DNA from: Eledone cirrhosa
Lineage: Eukaryota
Direction of reading: 5' to 3'
NCBI GenBank assembly: GCA_964016885.1
Contig: OZ024746.1
Span: 53,630,001 to 53,694,000, forward strand
DNA length: 64,000 nucleotides
The notes under the pieces are model-generated. The model saw nothing but the letters and a program-made list of their open reading frames with translations. It made no database searches and was not told where the DNA came from. The position numbers and the translations under genes were made by a program. Below are positions 30,840 to 44,035 of this stretch, piece by piece (within the stretch, counting starts at the first letter, position 1; each line of letters begins with the position of its first letter).

Positions 30840-31284
30840 AGGGTGCTGTTGTGATCTACTGCGTATTTCGGGCATTTAAACCACCTGGCAGAAAACAGCC
30901 AAATTATTCAAGAGAAGTAGAGAGAGTTGGAGATAGATGGTTATATGGAATGAGAGAGAGAATGTGGACTTGAGTTTTATTTCTTGACCTCGAAAGGTTG
31001 AAAGACAAAGTTGACCTCGGTGGGGTTTGAACACAGTGCAGAGAGGGGCCGGAACGAATAACCCCGAAGCTTTGTATCCGACGTTCTAACGACTCTGCCA
31101 ATCCATTCGCGCGCGCACACACAGACACACAGACACACACACATATTTAAAGAGAGAGAGAGATTACACAACAACCCGGTTTCAAAGCTTACACACACAC
31201 ATACATATATATAATTTGACAGAATGTCATTAAATCTCTCTCTATGTCTATCTACATATCTATTTCCCCATATATATATATATT

Positions 31285-31430
31285 AACGAAGGAGTTGTGG
31301 TAAGGAACCAGATGGACCATAACGCACCAGAGTACTCAATACTTTTACCAGGCTAAAAATTCTAATTTAGTCCAGAAATAGCCGTCGAAACGCCTTGAGC
31401 TCTGCCGTCGGGGTCATACTTTTTCCTATA
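31285..31430 (-). mobile_element. Family A element, internally deleted
   Basis: Tail and right arm are present, the left arm is lost, and it sits between TA repeats. A further fragment lies at 23768-23828. Confidence 0.7.
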
Positions 31431-32259
31431 TATATATATGTATATATATGTCTATCTGTATTTACCTCTATCTGTCTTTTTCTGTCTTTGTCTCCGTTGC
31501 TCACTCTTTCTGTCATAAAATCATGAAGTGTGTGCATATATATGTGTCTATGTGCGTGTATATATGTATGTGTGTATGTATGTATGTATGTATGTATGTA
31601 TGTATGTATGTATGTATGTATGTATGTATGTGTGTGCGCGCGCGCGACTAAAGACAAAATGAGATAAAGGAGAGACCAGACCAGAGACCACACGAATCAC
31701 AGTTTACCTTCCTAGCACCTAACATCCCTTTCACTAAGTAGATTATCATTATCATTATTATTCAAATGTTAGATTAGCAGAATCGCTAGAGCGTGGGACG
31801 AAATGCTCCTGGTCCTTCACATTCTGTGTTCGAATCCTGCCAAGGTGAAAGTAGCTGCTCATTCTTCACGAGTTTGATAGAATAGTGCATTAGTTAAGTA
31901 CTGGAGCCGATCTAATCAACCTTCTCGTCCCTCCCAAATTGATGACCTTCTAACTATGTTAGAAAACATTATTGTCCCTTTACGAACTGAGTTCAAATCC
32001 CGCCGAGGTTAACTTTGCCTTTCATCCTTACGGGGTCGATAAAATAAAGTACCAATAATACACTGGGATAATTGCTGGCCTTGTGCCAAAAGTAGAAACA
32101 ATTATTATTATTATTACACACACGTGTGTGTGTATGTGTATTGGTGTGTATGTGATATACTACATATTTTGTGGACTATTTTTGTTGGCTCTGGTGGTAA
32201 AACAAATATACATTCTTCATTTTAGGACTATCTGCCTATTTCTCTCTCTCTCTCTCTCT

Positions 32260-32316
<57 letters not shown>

Positions 32317-33407
32317 CATCCAGCCATCTATCTACTTGTCTCTCTATCGGTGTACCAAACTATCTATCTTTGTAGCTATCCAACTATCTATCTAATTATC
32401 CATCTACCTGTCTCCTCCATCTATCTACCTATCTATCTGCCTACTTACCTATCTACTTACCTACCTACCTACCTACCTACCTACCTACCTATCTATCTAT
32501 CGTTCTTTCTCAAATACCTACAAGCACACATTGCGCCTCTTTTTTCCACCTCTTTCTCTCACACACACGCACTAACACACACACACACACACTAACACAC
32601 ACACACTAACACACACGCACTAACACACACACACTAACAGAAACACAAACACACACACAAACTCCCACAGAAACATATAGTATATTATTCATTTCACTAC
32701 CAATTTCTTTTTACTGTCTCGTAATAACTCCTTGTCGACTTGTGGCTAATAAAGAGACAGTACTACTGTAATAATTATTATTATTTATCCTTATCTATTA
32801 CTACTATTGTTAGTAGTAAATAGTATTAATGGTAGTGGTGTTGATAGTAATAGAGAGTTTGGTAATAGTAGCGGTTGTGGTGGTTGTAGTAGTAGCTGGA
32901 ATCTTAGTAGTGGTTGTGGTAGTCGTAGTAGTAGTAGTTGTAGTTGTAGGCTATGTTTACTATTTTAAGGTTCTAGCCATTGTGTGTTTAGCCAAAAGTC
33001 AGTAGATTTCATTTTGGGAGAGGAGAAAAAGGGAAAATGGGGAAAGCATGAAGCCTACAACATCACATAGGTGCTCCATGTTTTCAATCAAGGATTTAGG
33101 GCATATATTAGAAACTATTTTATATTGCGTTCTGTGTTCAAATTCCTCCGAGATCAACTTCGACTTTCATATTTCCGGGGTCGGTAAAAAAAAGCTACCA
33201 GTCAAGTAGTGGGAATGATATGATCAACTCTGGCCCTCTACCTTAATAATAATAATAAAAAAAAAACCCTTATGTTCTAAGTTCAAATCTCGCCAAGGCT
33301 AACTTGGAGTTTCAGCCTTTCGGGGGGTTTCCATAAAATTTTATCCTCGTAATGTTTCCAATGTCGTGGGATCTTGCGAACAATAAAAGAAAGGATTATT
33401 AATATCA

Positions 33408-33408
33408 T

Positions 33409-33464
<56 letters not shown>

Positions 33465-33465
33465 T

Positions 33466-33516
<51 letters not shown>

Positions 33517-33694
33517 AACTACCAACACGACCACCACCACGACTACTACCATCAACACTACTACTACTACTACCACTACCAGTAGCACCACCACTATCAC
33601 CACCAACCACCACTACCAATATTGCCACACCACCACCACCACTACTATCACAGAGCCCCACCAACACTATTACTACTACTATTACTACTACTAT

Positions 33695-33763
<69 letters not shown>
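33408..33763. repeat. (CTA)n/(CCA)n trinucleotide tract
   Basis: Seen directly. Other (CTA)n tracts lie at 4865-4920, 25135-25205 and 43963-44035. Confidence 0.95.
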
Positions 33764-33939
33764 CTGTGCTGTGGTGAGAGTAATCATTAATTGGTTTAAT
33801 TATCAGAATTTTAATTATTTCGTTTACAATGTTGAAAATTACAATGTAATCAATCAGAATCACTGTGCAAATATATATATATATATATATAATTATATAT
33901 ATATATATATATGTGTGTGTGTATAATATATGCATGTCG

Positions 33940-34019
<80 letters not shown>

Positions 34020-34035
34020 ACATATGTACATATAT

Positions 34036-34099
<64 letters not shown>

Positions 34100-34455
34100 G
34101 CACACACACATATATATATATATACATACACACACATATATATATATACATGCACACACATATATATATATACATGCACACACACATATATATATATACA
34201 ATCACACATATATATATACATACACACACACACACATATATATATACATACACATATATATATATATACATACACACACACATATATATATATATACACA
34301 TATATATACATACACAAATATATATATATACATACATATATATACACACACACACATATATACATACACACATATATACATACATACATACACACATATA
34401 TACATACATACACACACACACATATATATACATACACATATATATATATATGCAT

Positions 34456-34524
<69 letters not shown>

Positions 34525-35013
34525 CACACGCATATATATATATATACATACACACACATATATATATATATATATACATACACACATATATATATACATA
34601 TACACACATATATATATACATATACACATATATATACATATATATATATATATACATATACACATATATATATACATATACACACATATATATATATACA
34701 CCATACATACATACATACATACATATACATATATATATACATATACACACATATATATATATACACCATACATACATACATACATACATATACATACACA
34801 TACACATATATATATACATACACATATATATATATACTTACACACACACACACATACATACATACACATATATATATATACATACACATATATATATACA
34901 TACACATATATATATATATATACATACACATATATATATTTACATACACACATATATATATATATACATACACACATATATATACATACACACATATATA
35001 TATATACATACAC

Positions 35014-35097
<84 letters not shown>

Positions 35098-35131
35098 ATA
35101 TACATATATAGATATATATATACATATATAG

Positions 35132-35186
<55 letters not shown>

Positions 35187-35243
35187 TAGATATATATATA
35201 CACACACATATATATATACACACACACACATATATATATACAT

Positions 35244-35296
<53 letters not shown>

Positions 35297-35499
35297 TATA
35301 TATATATACACACAAACATATATAGTATATCCAGTTAGCAGTGGGTTTGTGTATACATACTTTCCATAATACTGTATACCCGGTAGTATATCTATCCGAT
35401 AGATACAGTAAAGGTCCGATGAGAGCATTAACATAGCATTACTGGCATGTATATGTATACGTATATATATATATATATATATCGATGTGTGTATATATT

Positions 35500-35530
<31 letters not shown>

Positions 35531-35711
35531 TTCACATACATAAATCCGTTTATATTTGCAGACATACACTTAGATATACTTATATGATCAGGTGTACACA
35601 CACACATATATATATATATACCCCCCATATATATACACCTCCCCACACACATATATATATATATATACCCCCATATATATACACCTCCCCATACACACAT
35701 ATATACACCCC

Positions 35712-35765
<54 letters not shown>

Positions 35766-36079
35766 CCCCCCCCCCCACACACATACATATATATACACCC
35801 TCCCACACACACATACCCCCCCCCCCTCCACATACACACCTCCCTCCCCGCACACACATATATATACACCCCCCCAAACACATATATACCTCCCCACACA
35901 CACACATATTTATATACCCCACACACACACATATATATTTATATATCCCCCCACACATATATATATACACCCCCCCCCCACACACAAATACGTATACATT
36001 TTTGGGGGGGGGGGGGGGGATTAGTAAAAGGAATTGTTTTCCATTTTAATTTTTCACCCGGTATATTCTCAGTTTTTCA

Positions 36080-36115
<36 letters not shown>

Positions 36116-36660
36116 TGTGTGTGATATACGTTGTGTAGTAGTAGTAGCATTTATATAAATTTAGTGTGTGTGTGTTTGTGTGTGCATCTGTGCAGTGTTG
36201 GGCCTCTGTCGACAAGTGTTCCAAGTATATAGTGCACACACATATATACACAACACACACATATATATATATATATACACATATATACGCACACACACAT
36301 ATACGCACATACACACACACATATTTACATTCACACATACGAACTGAAAGGTAAAAAGTGGCATCTATAGAAGAGAAATTTAAGCTTGTAAAATTAAATT
36401 TATTACTCTATACTTTATAATGATTATATATATACATGTATATATATATGTGTGTGTGTCTTTTTTTCTTCTTCTTCACCTCTCGTGTTTGCATGTACAC
36501 ATGTGTCTCCACTGAACACACACAAACATATTTATACACACATACACACACATAATATATATATATGTGTATGTGTGTGTGTGTGTAGAACGAGAAAGAG
36601 AGAGACTGAGATAAATAGATGGATATGTATATTGCCTTCACTGATCACACACACACACAA

Positions 36661-36691
<31 letters not shown>

Positions 36692-36701
36692 CATATATAT
36701 A

Positions 36702-36897
36702 TGTTATTCCGGGTTGAATCGGAGGTAACAGTAAGTAAGGTACTCAATACATAGCAGAGTATAAAAGTTTTAATATAGAAGTGATTCTACAGGACTAGAA
36801 CTGTTTCATTCGTGAGAAATCATCAGGGAACGCATGATGAGCTCCCTGACGATTTCTCACGAATGAAACAGTTCTAGTCCTGTAGAAGCTCTTCTAT
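36702..36897. mobile_element. Penelope-like fold-back mini-element (family B) with hammerhead cores on both strands
   Basis: 45-bp inverted repeat at 36785-36829 / 36843-36887. Plus strand: GAGCTCC-CTGACGA-TTTCTCACGAAT-GAAA-CAG(TTCTAGTC)CTG-TA-GAAGCTC. Minus strand has CTGATGA with the same remainder. Flanked by (TA)n. Confidence 0.75.
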
Positions 36898-37106
36898 ATA
36901 TATATATATATGTGTGTGTGTAGAGAGAGAAAGATTGAGATAGATAGATAGATAGATATATTGCTCGAGGCAAGTTGCTTGATCGTTTCCCATGGATGGA
37001 TATATATATATATATATATGTGGGCGTGGTGTGAGTATGTTTGTATCTTGGTGCCTGTGTGTGGTTTCCATGTTTGTCTGTTGACAACTCAACAAAGATT
37101 GAATAG

Positions 37107-37138
<32 letters not shown>

Positions 37139-37369
37139 AGGGCGAGACTGAGATAGACCTTGTTAGCGGTTAAGTTCCCTTCCTTACCAAAACACTGAAC
37201 TACCGCTAACAACAAGCTATCCTGTATTGCTTCTGTCTTTTCTGGTTCGGTTTGATGCGTGTGTGCAGTCTATTTATCTGTCTGTCTGTCTGTCTGCCGT
37301 GGCTTCCTGTGTCCGTCAGAGAATCTAATCTTATAATACATACATACACACACACACATTTATACACAC

Positions 37370-37400
<31 letters not shown>

Positions 37401-37821
37401 TATATATATACACACACGCACATATATAAATATATATATATACATATATATATGTATATATAATACATGTATTATATATATATGTATGTATAATATATAT
37501 ATATATTATATATATATATATATACATACACAGACACCCATACATACACATACACATATATATACATACACACACTTAAACATACATACAGACAGAATAT
37601 GCATTTACTTGACAGATAAATATACACGCTCCCACACCTATAAGTATATGTATGAATATATGATCATATATAACTATGTGAGTGTGTATATGTGCGTATA
37701 GCTGTATATGTATAATATAATCTGAAAAGGTGTTTATAGATGCTTGTTTAGATCAAGAATTCGTACAATGACGTATGTGTAGGTGCCTGTATGTATTGGC
37801 TGTGTATTTATATATATATAC

Positions 37822-37852
<31 letters not shown>

Positions 37853-37929
37853 CACATGTACATATATATATATATATACGTGTGTATATATATATATATG
37901 TGTGTGTGTGTGTATATATTTATAGTGTG

Positions 37930-37964
<35 letters not shown>

Positions 37965-38544
37965 ATATATATAGTAAATATATATATATACGTGTTTATA
38001 TATATGTGTGTGTGTGTGTGCATATTTGTGTGTGTATATATATATGTGTTTGTGTATATATATGTGGGTGTGTATATATATGTATGTATATATATATGTA
38101 TATATATGTGTATATATTTCTATGTATGTATATATATGTGTATATATATGTGTATGTGTATATATATATATATATAAATATATATATGTGTGTGTATGTG
38201 TATATATGTATATATATATATGTGTGTGTGTATATATGTGTGTATATCTATATATATATGATGTATATATATATGATGTGTGTATATATATATATATGAT
38301 GTGTATATATCTATATATGACGTGTAAATATATATATATATAGTACGTGTGTATCATTTTTCCCTCACTATCTCGTCTTTTTTTATCCATTGTGTTTCTT
38401 CATCTTCGAAATTATCCAATATTTCATTTATCTATTGTTTCTTAATCTCATCTTCCTTTCATATGAGGCGAGGGGGGGGGGGGGGGTGTACGATATATGT
38501 ATATATATATATGCATATATATGTGTATATATGTGTATATATAC

Positions 38545-38590
<46 letters not shown>

Positions 38591-38617
38591 ATATGTATAT
38601 ATATGTATGTATATATG

Positions 38618-38673
<56 letters not shown>

Positions 38674-38914
38674 TATATATGTATGTATATATGATATATA
38701 TAGATATATATATATACACATATATACTCAAATATATATACATAGAATCTTTTTAAATTCGACCTCCGTCTTTCGTTTGTTGATTCGGAAACGTATCACA
38801 GACTCACTCACACATATATATGTGTGTGTGTGTGTGTTTATGTATGTATGTATGTATGTATGTATGTATGTATGTATGTATGTATGTATGTATGTATGTA
38901 TGTATGTATGTATG

Positions 38915-38945
<31 letters not shown>

Positions 38946-39097
38946 CTATATGTGTGTGTATATATATATATATATACATACTTACATACATACATACACA
39001 CATATATAGAAAGAAAGGAAGAATGACAGGAGAAAGAAATAAAAATAGAGAAAGTGGAAAAGGCATCCCAGAAACATAACATACATACACACACACA

Positions 39098-39175
<78 letters not shown>

Positions 39176-39326
39176 ATATAATAGATATATACAATGGTGT
39201 TCCGTTACAGTACGGAACGGTATAAACAATTAAAAAGTAAGGTATTCTGTCGATATTTTCCTACCGAATTGAACGAAACAGAACTAGTATTGTAAAAGTC
39301 ACATCTCAATGAAATACACACATGCG

Positions 39327-39360
<34 letters not shown>

Positions 39361-39420
39361 CATAAATATAATATATATATGTGTGCTTGTGTGTATATAT
39401 ATATATATATATATACATAA

Positions 39421-39498
<78 letters not shown>

Positions 39499-39499
39499 G

Positions 39500-39552
<53 letters not shown>

Positions 39553-39789
39553 ATGTATGTATATGTTAGATGTATGTATGAAAAATAATTTGCCTTCCAA
39601 ACGGTGATGAACGAAAGGAAAAAAGTTAGTAGGTATAATTGTATATAATTGATAGTAATAATGAGTTTTTTTTTTTCTCTCAATAATAAGATAAGTAATA
39701 ATTTCTGTATAGCTAATAAGATATCCTTAATTTTTTTTATGGGGGTATTTTTGGTGGGTAGAGTGTAAAAATCAACATTTCATACATAC

Positions 39790-39851
39790 CCCGGGTCGTT
39801 GGGGATTTCATCGGTTGAGTTTGTCTGTGGAGTTTGAGAGTCCATCTTCAT
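39790..39851 (-). CDS. msi: Musashi/Rbp6-family RNA-binding protein, first coding exon (MKMDSQTPQTNSTDEIPNDP-G, 62 nt, phase-2 end)
   Basis: The minus strand reads ATG AAG ATG GAC...AAC GAC CCG GG|GTATGT, a canonical donor at 39789. PNDPG joins in frame to KMFIGGLSWQT in the 12573-12533 exon, matching the DPGKMFIGGLSWQT signature of Musashi/Rbp6 RRM1. Confidence 0.88.
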
Positions 39852-40073
39852 ATTTTTGTAAAAAATGTCCAAACTACGGCTAAACTAAAAATCCTACGTC
39901 GTTCACGATTTCTTCTTCTTCTCTGTCTGTCTGTCTGTCTGGCTGGCTGGCTGTTTGGCTGTTGGTCGGTCGGTCGGTCGGTCGGCCTGTCTGCCTGCCT
40001 GTCTGCCTGCCTGCCAGTCTGTCTGTCGGTCTGTCTGTCAGTCTGTCGGTTTGTTTGCCTGTCTTCTCTTTCT

Positions 40074-40273
40074 NNNNNNNNNNNNNNNNNNNNNNNNNNN
40101 NNNNNNNNNNNNNNNNNNNNNNNNNNNNNNNNNNNNNNNNNNNNNNNNNNNNNNNNNNNNNNNNNNNNNNNNNNNNNNNNNNNNNNNNNNNNNNNNNNNN
40201 NNNNNNNNNNNNNNNNNNNNNNNNNNNNNNNNNNNNNNNNNNNNNNNNNNNNNNNNNNNNNNNNNNNNNNNNN
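40074..40273. other. Assembly gap (200 N) about 220 nt upstream of the Musashi start codon
   Basis: Run of N. Confidence 0.99.
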
Positions 40274-40342
40274 GGATGGAGTTGTGGGAGAATTTACTGC
40301 TCTTTCTAGCACCGGGGTAGTCTCCACTCGTTCGTCATACTA

Positions 40343-41711
40343 TCTATATATAGAGAGTGAAACACTACTCCCTCTCTCTAACTGAAACGTAATGTGTGTA
40401 TTTTTGTGTACGCGTGTGTATATTTCTGTATTTATGTGTATGTGTGTGTTACTGTTAATCCAATAAGGCAACACAGACTTAAAAAGAAAAGGCTTTCACT
40501 ATAATGACAGGTGATTATTGTTGATATTCTGACTCACTCGCCAACAACTCCTTTTTCCGAAAACGGAGGCATGGAGGGAAGGCGCCCCTTGAAATTACAG
40601 ATAAGCAGCTCTGAGTATCTCGTTAAAAAACAATTCTTATATTTTTTTCGCGTGTTTTCAATTTATGTGACATTCAATATGCTCGCAATCGCCCTTTCCC
40701 CCGAAAACAGAATGGGTTGGATGAGAGGGGACCCTATAAAGTATGTATACAAATACGCCAACAATGGTTCCGATGCCGCTATAGTTGCGCTACAAAAATG
40801 AAATATGTCCAACGAGGGGTTGAGTTTGGATTTTCTCAGCCTCGGAGATTTCTTCCGTGGGACTGTTTTTTTTCTTCTAGGGGTTTTCATTTGTTTTCGA
40901 GCGATCTGACATCCGAATCACTCGCCAACGACTTCTTTTTCAGGAGACGAAGACGGGAGTGAAGGGAACCCTCGGGGTTTACAGATAAGCACCTCTCAGC
41001 TGTAAATTTATAGAATAGCACCCACTAAGGATCGCGAAGAACATTTTTATCCTATGTTTTTTCCTGTGTTTACAACTAATCTGACATCCAACATACTCGC
41101 AAAATTGCTTTCTTTTCCTAAAACGTAATATGTGCGGGGAACCTAGGATATTCCGAGTCTGGGAGATTTCTTCAGTGAGAATAACAGAGGCGGAACGGGA
41201 AGGTGACCCTTGGAGTTACAGATATTTACATTTATAGAAGAGTAATCTCTTGATACTGAAAGATGGTTTCATCCTTCATCATTTTCTATTGTTGTGGAAA
41301 GCTTTTTAAATTTAATTAATTCAGTGTTCCCGAATTTCGGAATCCATCCTTCTAACGAGGAGATGCTGTGTGAAAGAGGAGTCCTTGCTCTGCAAAACAT
41401 CACAATGAATGCCATCTAAAAAAATCCACGGAGGTAGCCAGACCTATAAATCTATCGACAAAGTTGTTGACGAGGATGAAGCTTTTCATTATCACTTTAA
41501 ATTTTCCAACAGTCTGGAATCATCCGGTATGTTTCCAAACAAACTTGAATTGAAGAAGGGTATAGTCGTCATGTTTCCCAGAAAGTATGTTTTGCAATAT
41601 TTAAATACCTTTTGATATCATTTATTTTAAGGCATAACGATGGATACCAATAGATGCCTTCTGAATAGATTTCAGCACAGTACAAACAGAAGAGAATGCC
41701 GGGTGACCGCT

Positions 41712-41714
<3 letters not shown>
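40343..41714 (+). mobile_element. Degenerate Helitron with a Pif1-like helicase fragment
   Basis: About 41320-41585 encodes MLCERGVLA...TYKSIDKVVDEDEAFHY..FSNSLESSGMFPNKLELKKGIVVMFPRK, resembling the Helitron helicase segment YKSIDT..YPxEFLNSL..SGxPPHxLxLKxGxxxMLLRN. The 5' end reads A|TCTATATA and the 3' end GCCGGGTGACCGCTTG|T (CTRR-like, mutated). Boundaries are tentative. Confidence 0.72.
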
Positions 41715-41762
<48 letters not shown>

Positions 41763-42022
41763 TAATAAAAACAATGAATACAAACAAAGAAACAGCTCCT
41801 TATATTAAAAAATATAAGGAACTGTTTCTTTGTTTTTATTCATAGTTTTTATTAATTTATCTTGAGTCTGTTTTCCTGTGATTTTCATCGAAAGAATTTT
41901 GAATACATCTTTTCTTTTCATGATATTTGGATTACATTGAGTTCTTCATACGGATTGGACACTATCGTATATTTTGGTAGATTTATCTACATATATATAT
42001 ATATATATATATAAATATACAT

Positions 42023-42087
<65 letters not shown>

Positions 42088-42088
<1 letters not shown>

Positions 42089-42281
42089 ACGAAGGAAATG
42101 TGGTAAGGAACCAGGTGGACCATAACGCACCAAAGTACTCAGTACTTAGGGTAGTAGAGTGGGTAATAGGAACGAGTGGGACCCCGACGGCTGAGCTCAA
42201 GCCGTTTCGACGGCTAATTCAGTCCAGAATTAGCCGTCGAAACGGCTTGAGCTCAGCCGTCGGGGTCCCACTCGTTCCTAT
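42088..42281 (-). mobile_element. Family A fold-back mini-element in (TA)n, with ~55-bp perfect inverted arms and a hammerhead 3' half
   Basis: ATAGGAACGAGTGGGACCCCGACGGCTGAGCTCAAGCCGTTTCGACGGCTAATTC-AGTCCA-reverse complement. Each arm carries GAAA-CGGC(TTGAGCTCA)GCCG-TC on one strand, and an ~80-nt tail lies on one side. Confidence 0.8.
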
Positions 42282-42439
42282 ATATATATGTATATATAAT
42301 TATACATATAATCTCTCTCTCTAAATATATATATATATATATACATATATATAAAGAAAATGAGTTTTTTTAAATAAAAAAAACGAGATGTCCTACACGA
42401 ATGAGAGCATAAGGAAAAGAAATCGAAAATGCAACACGG

Positions 42440-43000
42440 GGAAAATTGATTATATCGACCTAGTAGTTTATAGGTACTTTATTTTATCGATTCTGGAAGG
42501 ATGAACGACAAAGTTAACATCGGTGGGATTTGAAGTTAGAACGTAGAAAGTCATCATTAAATACTGCAAAACATTTTGTCAATCCACACAATAATTACAA
42601 TTGTTTCTACTTTTGGCACAAGGCCAGCAATTATCCCAGTGCATTACTGGTACTTTATTTTATCGACCCCGTAATGATGAAAGCCAAAGTTAACCTCGGC
42701 TGGATTTGAACTCAGAATGGCAAGGGCCGTAACTCTATGCGTCAAAGCATGGCATAATGAAAGTCATTTAGAACAGTCACAATAATTGTTTATACTTTTG
42801 GCACAAGGCCAGCAATTTGAATGGACGGGGAAACTCGATTAAATCGACCCCAGTGCGTGACTGGTACTTTATTTTATCGACCCCGTAAGGATGAAAGGTA
42901 AAGCTAACTTCGGTGGCATTTGAACTAAGACGGTAAAGGGCCGTAACTCTATACTGCAAAGTATAGCATCGACCCTCTACCGATACTGCCAACTCACCGC
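42440..43000 (-). mobile_element. Three tandem SINE copies
   Basis: The same diagnostic block appears three times. Confidence 0.85.
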
Positions 43001-43962
43001 CCTATTTTAGTGAAATAATGAATGTTTAATATAGGGGGCGACAGCTGTTCTTTTCTGAAGTAGACAGGAGGTCTTTGTCCGTATCACTAGTGTCAGGAGG
43101 TGGTTGAGGAGGAGGTGGTTGTAGTGTTTCTATGTGGTAATGACTGACATGGTGACACAATGACACACTAGTCTATGTGAGTGACACATTGACACACTGG
43201 GCCTACATGGTGACACATTTTAAACGTGTGGCACTAAAACGTAGATAGCTGGATAGACAGATAGAAATCAGTGTGATGGTTGACGTAATAAAACATGTCA
43301 TGGTAGTAATGGAGTGGAGTGTAGTGGAGGGAGGTGGCTGGCGGTGGTGGAAGTTAGATGAATGATGAGGGAAATGGGATGAATTGTAGTAGCTGTAGGG
43401 AAGCTGGTGGAGCAAGAGGGTGAATGGTGGTGATGGTGGTGGAGTGGAGGGTAGTGACAACGGGCCGGATGGTGGGAGTGAAGTGAATGCGGAAATGATG
43501 TGGGTGGTAGGGAAAATGTGAGTGGATGGTTGCAGCACGGGTAAATGAAACTAGACAGACCGAGCGAGGAATGGAGGAAGGGCGGTAATATCTTTGGGTG
43601 GCTGGATGTTGGTGGCATAAAAATGGATGGTGGGGGTGGGGGGTGGAGAGTGATGTTGGTAGTGGAGAGTGATGGTGGTGAATGATCGTAAATGGAGAGG
43701 ATCGATTATTTTGGGGTCGGGAAGGTGCAGTGAAGAACCCTGCTGATGGGAAATATAGTGACTGATATGAAGGAGGTGCTGACTGCGGTATTGCGTTGGT
43801 GGCGGCGGTGGTGGTTGGCTGTGGTGGCAACGGTGGTGCATATTGCACTTATGTTTCTTACGTAACACTCTGTATCATCGCCTCCACTACCACCTCCACC
43901 ACCACATTCTTGTCACATGTCACTTGCTGGATATAGCTTTGTTACCTTGACTGGCTACAGCA

Positions 43963-44035
<73 letters not shown>

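Noticed and set aside
43100-43930. Pro/His-rich ORFs on the minus strand
   Set aside because: Low-complexity GGT/GGA-rich DNA with no domain signature or splice-consistent structure.
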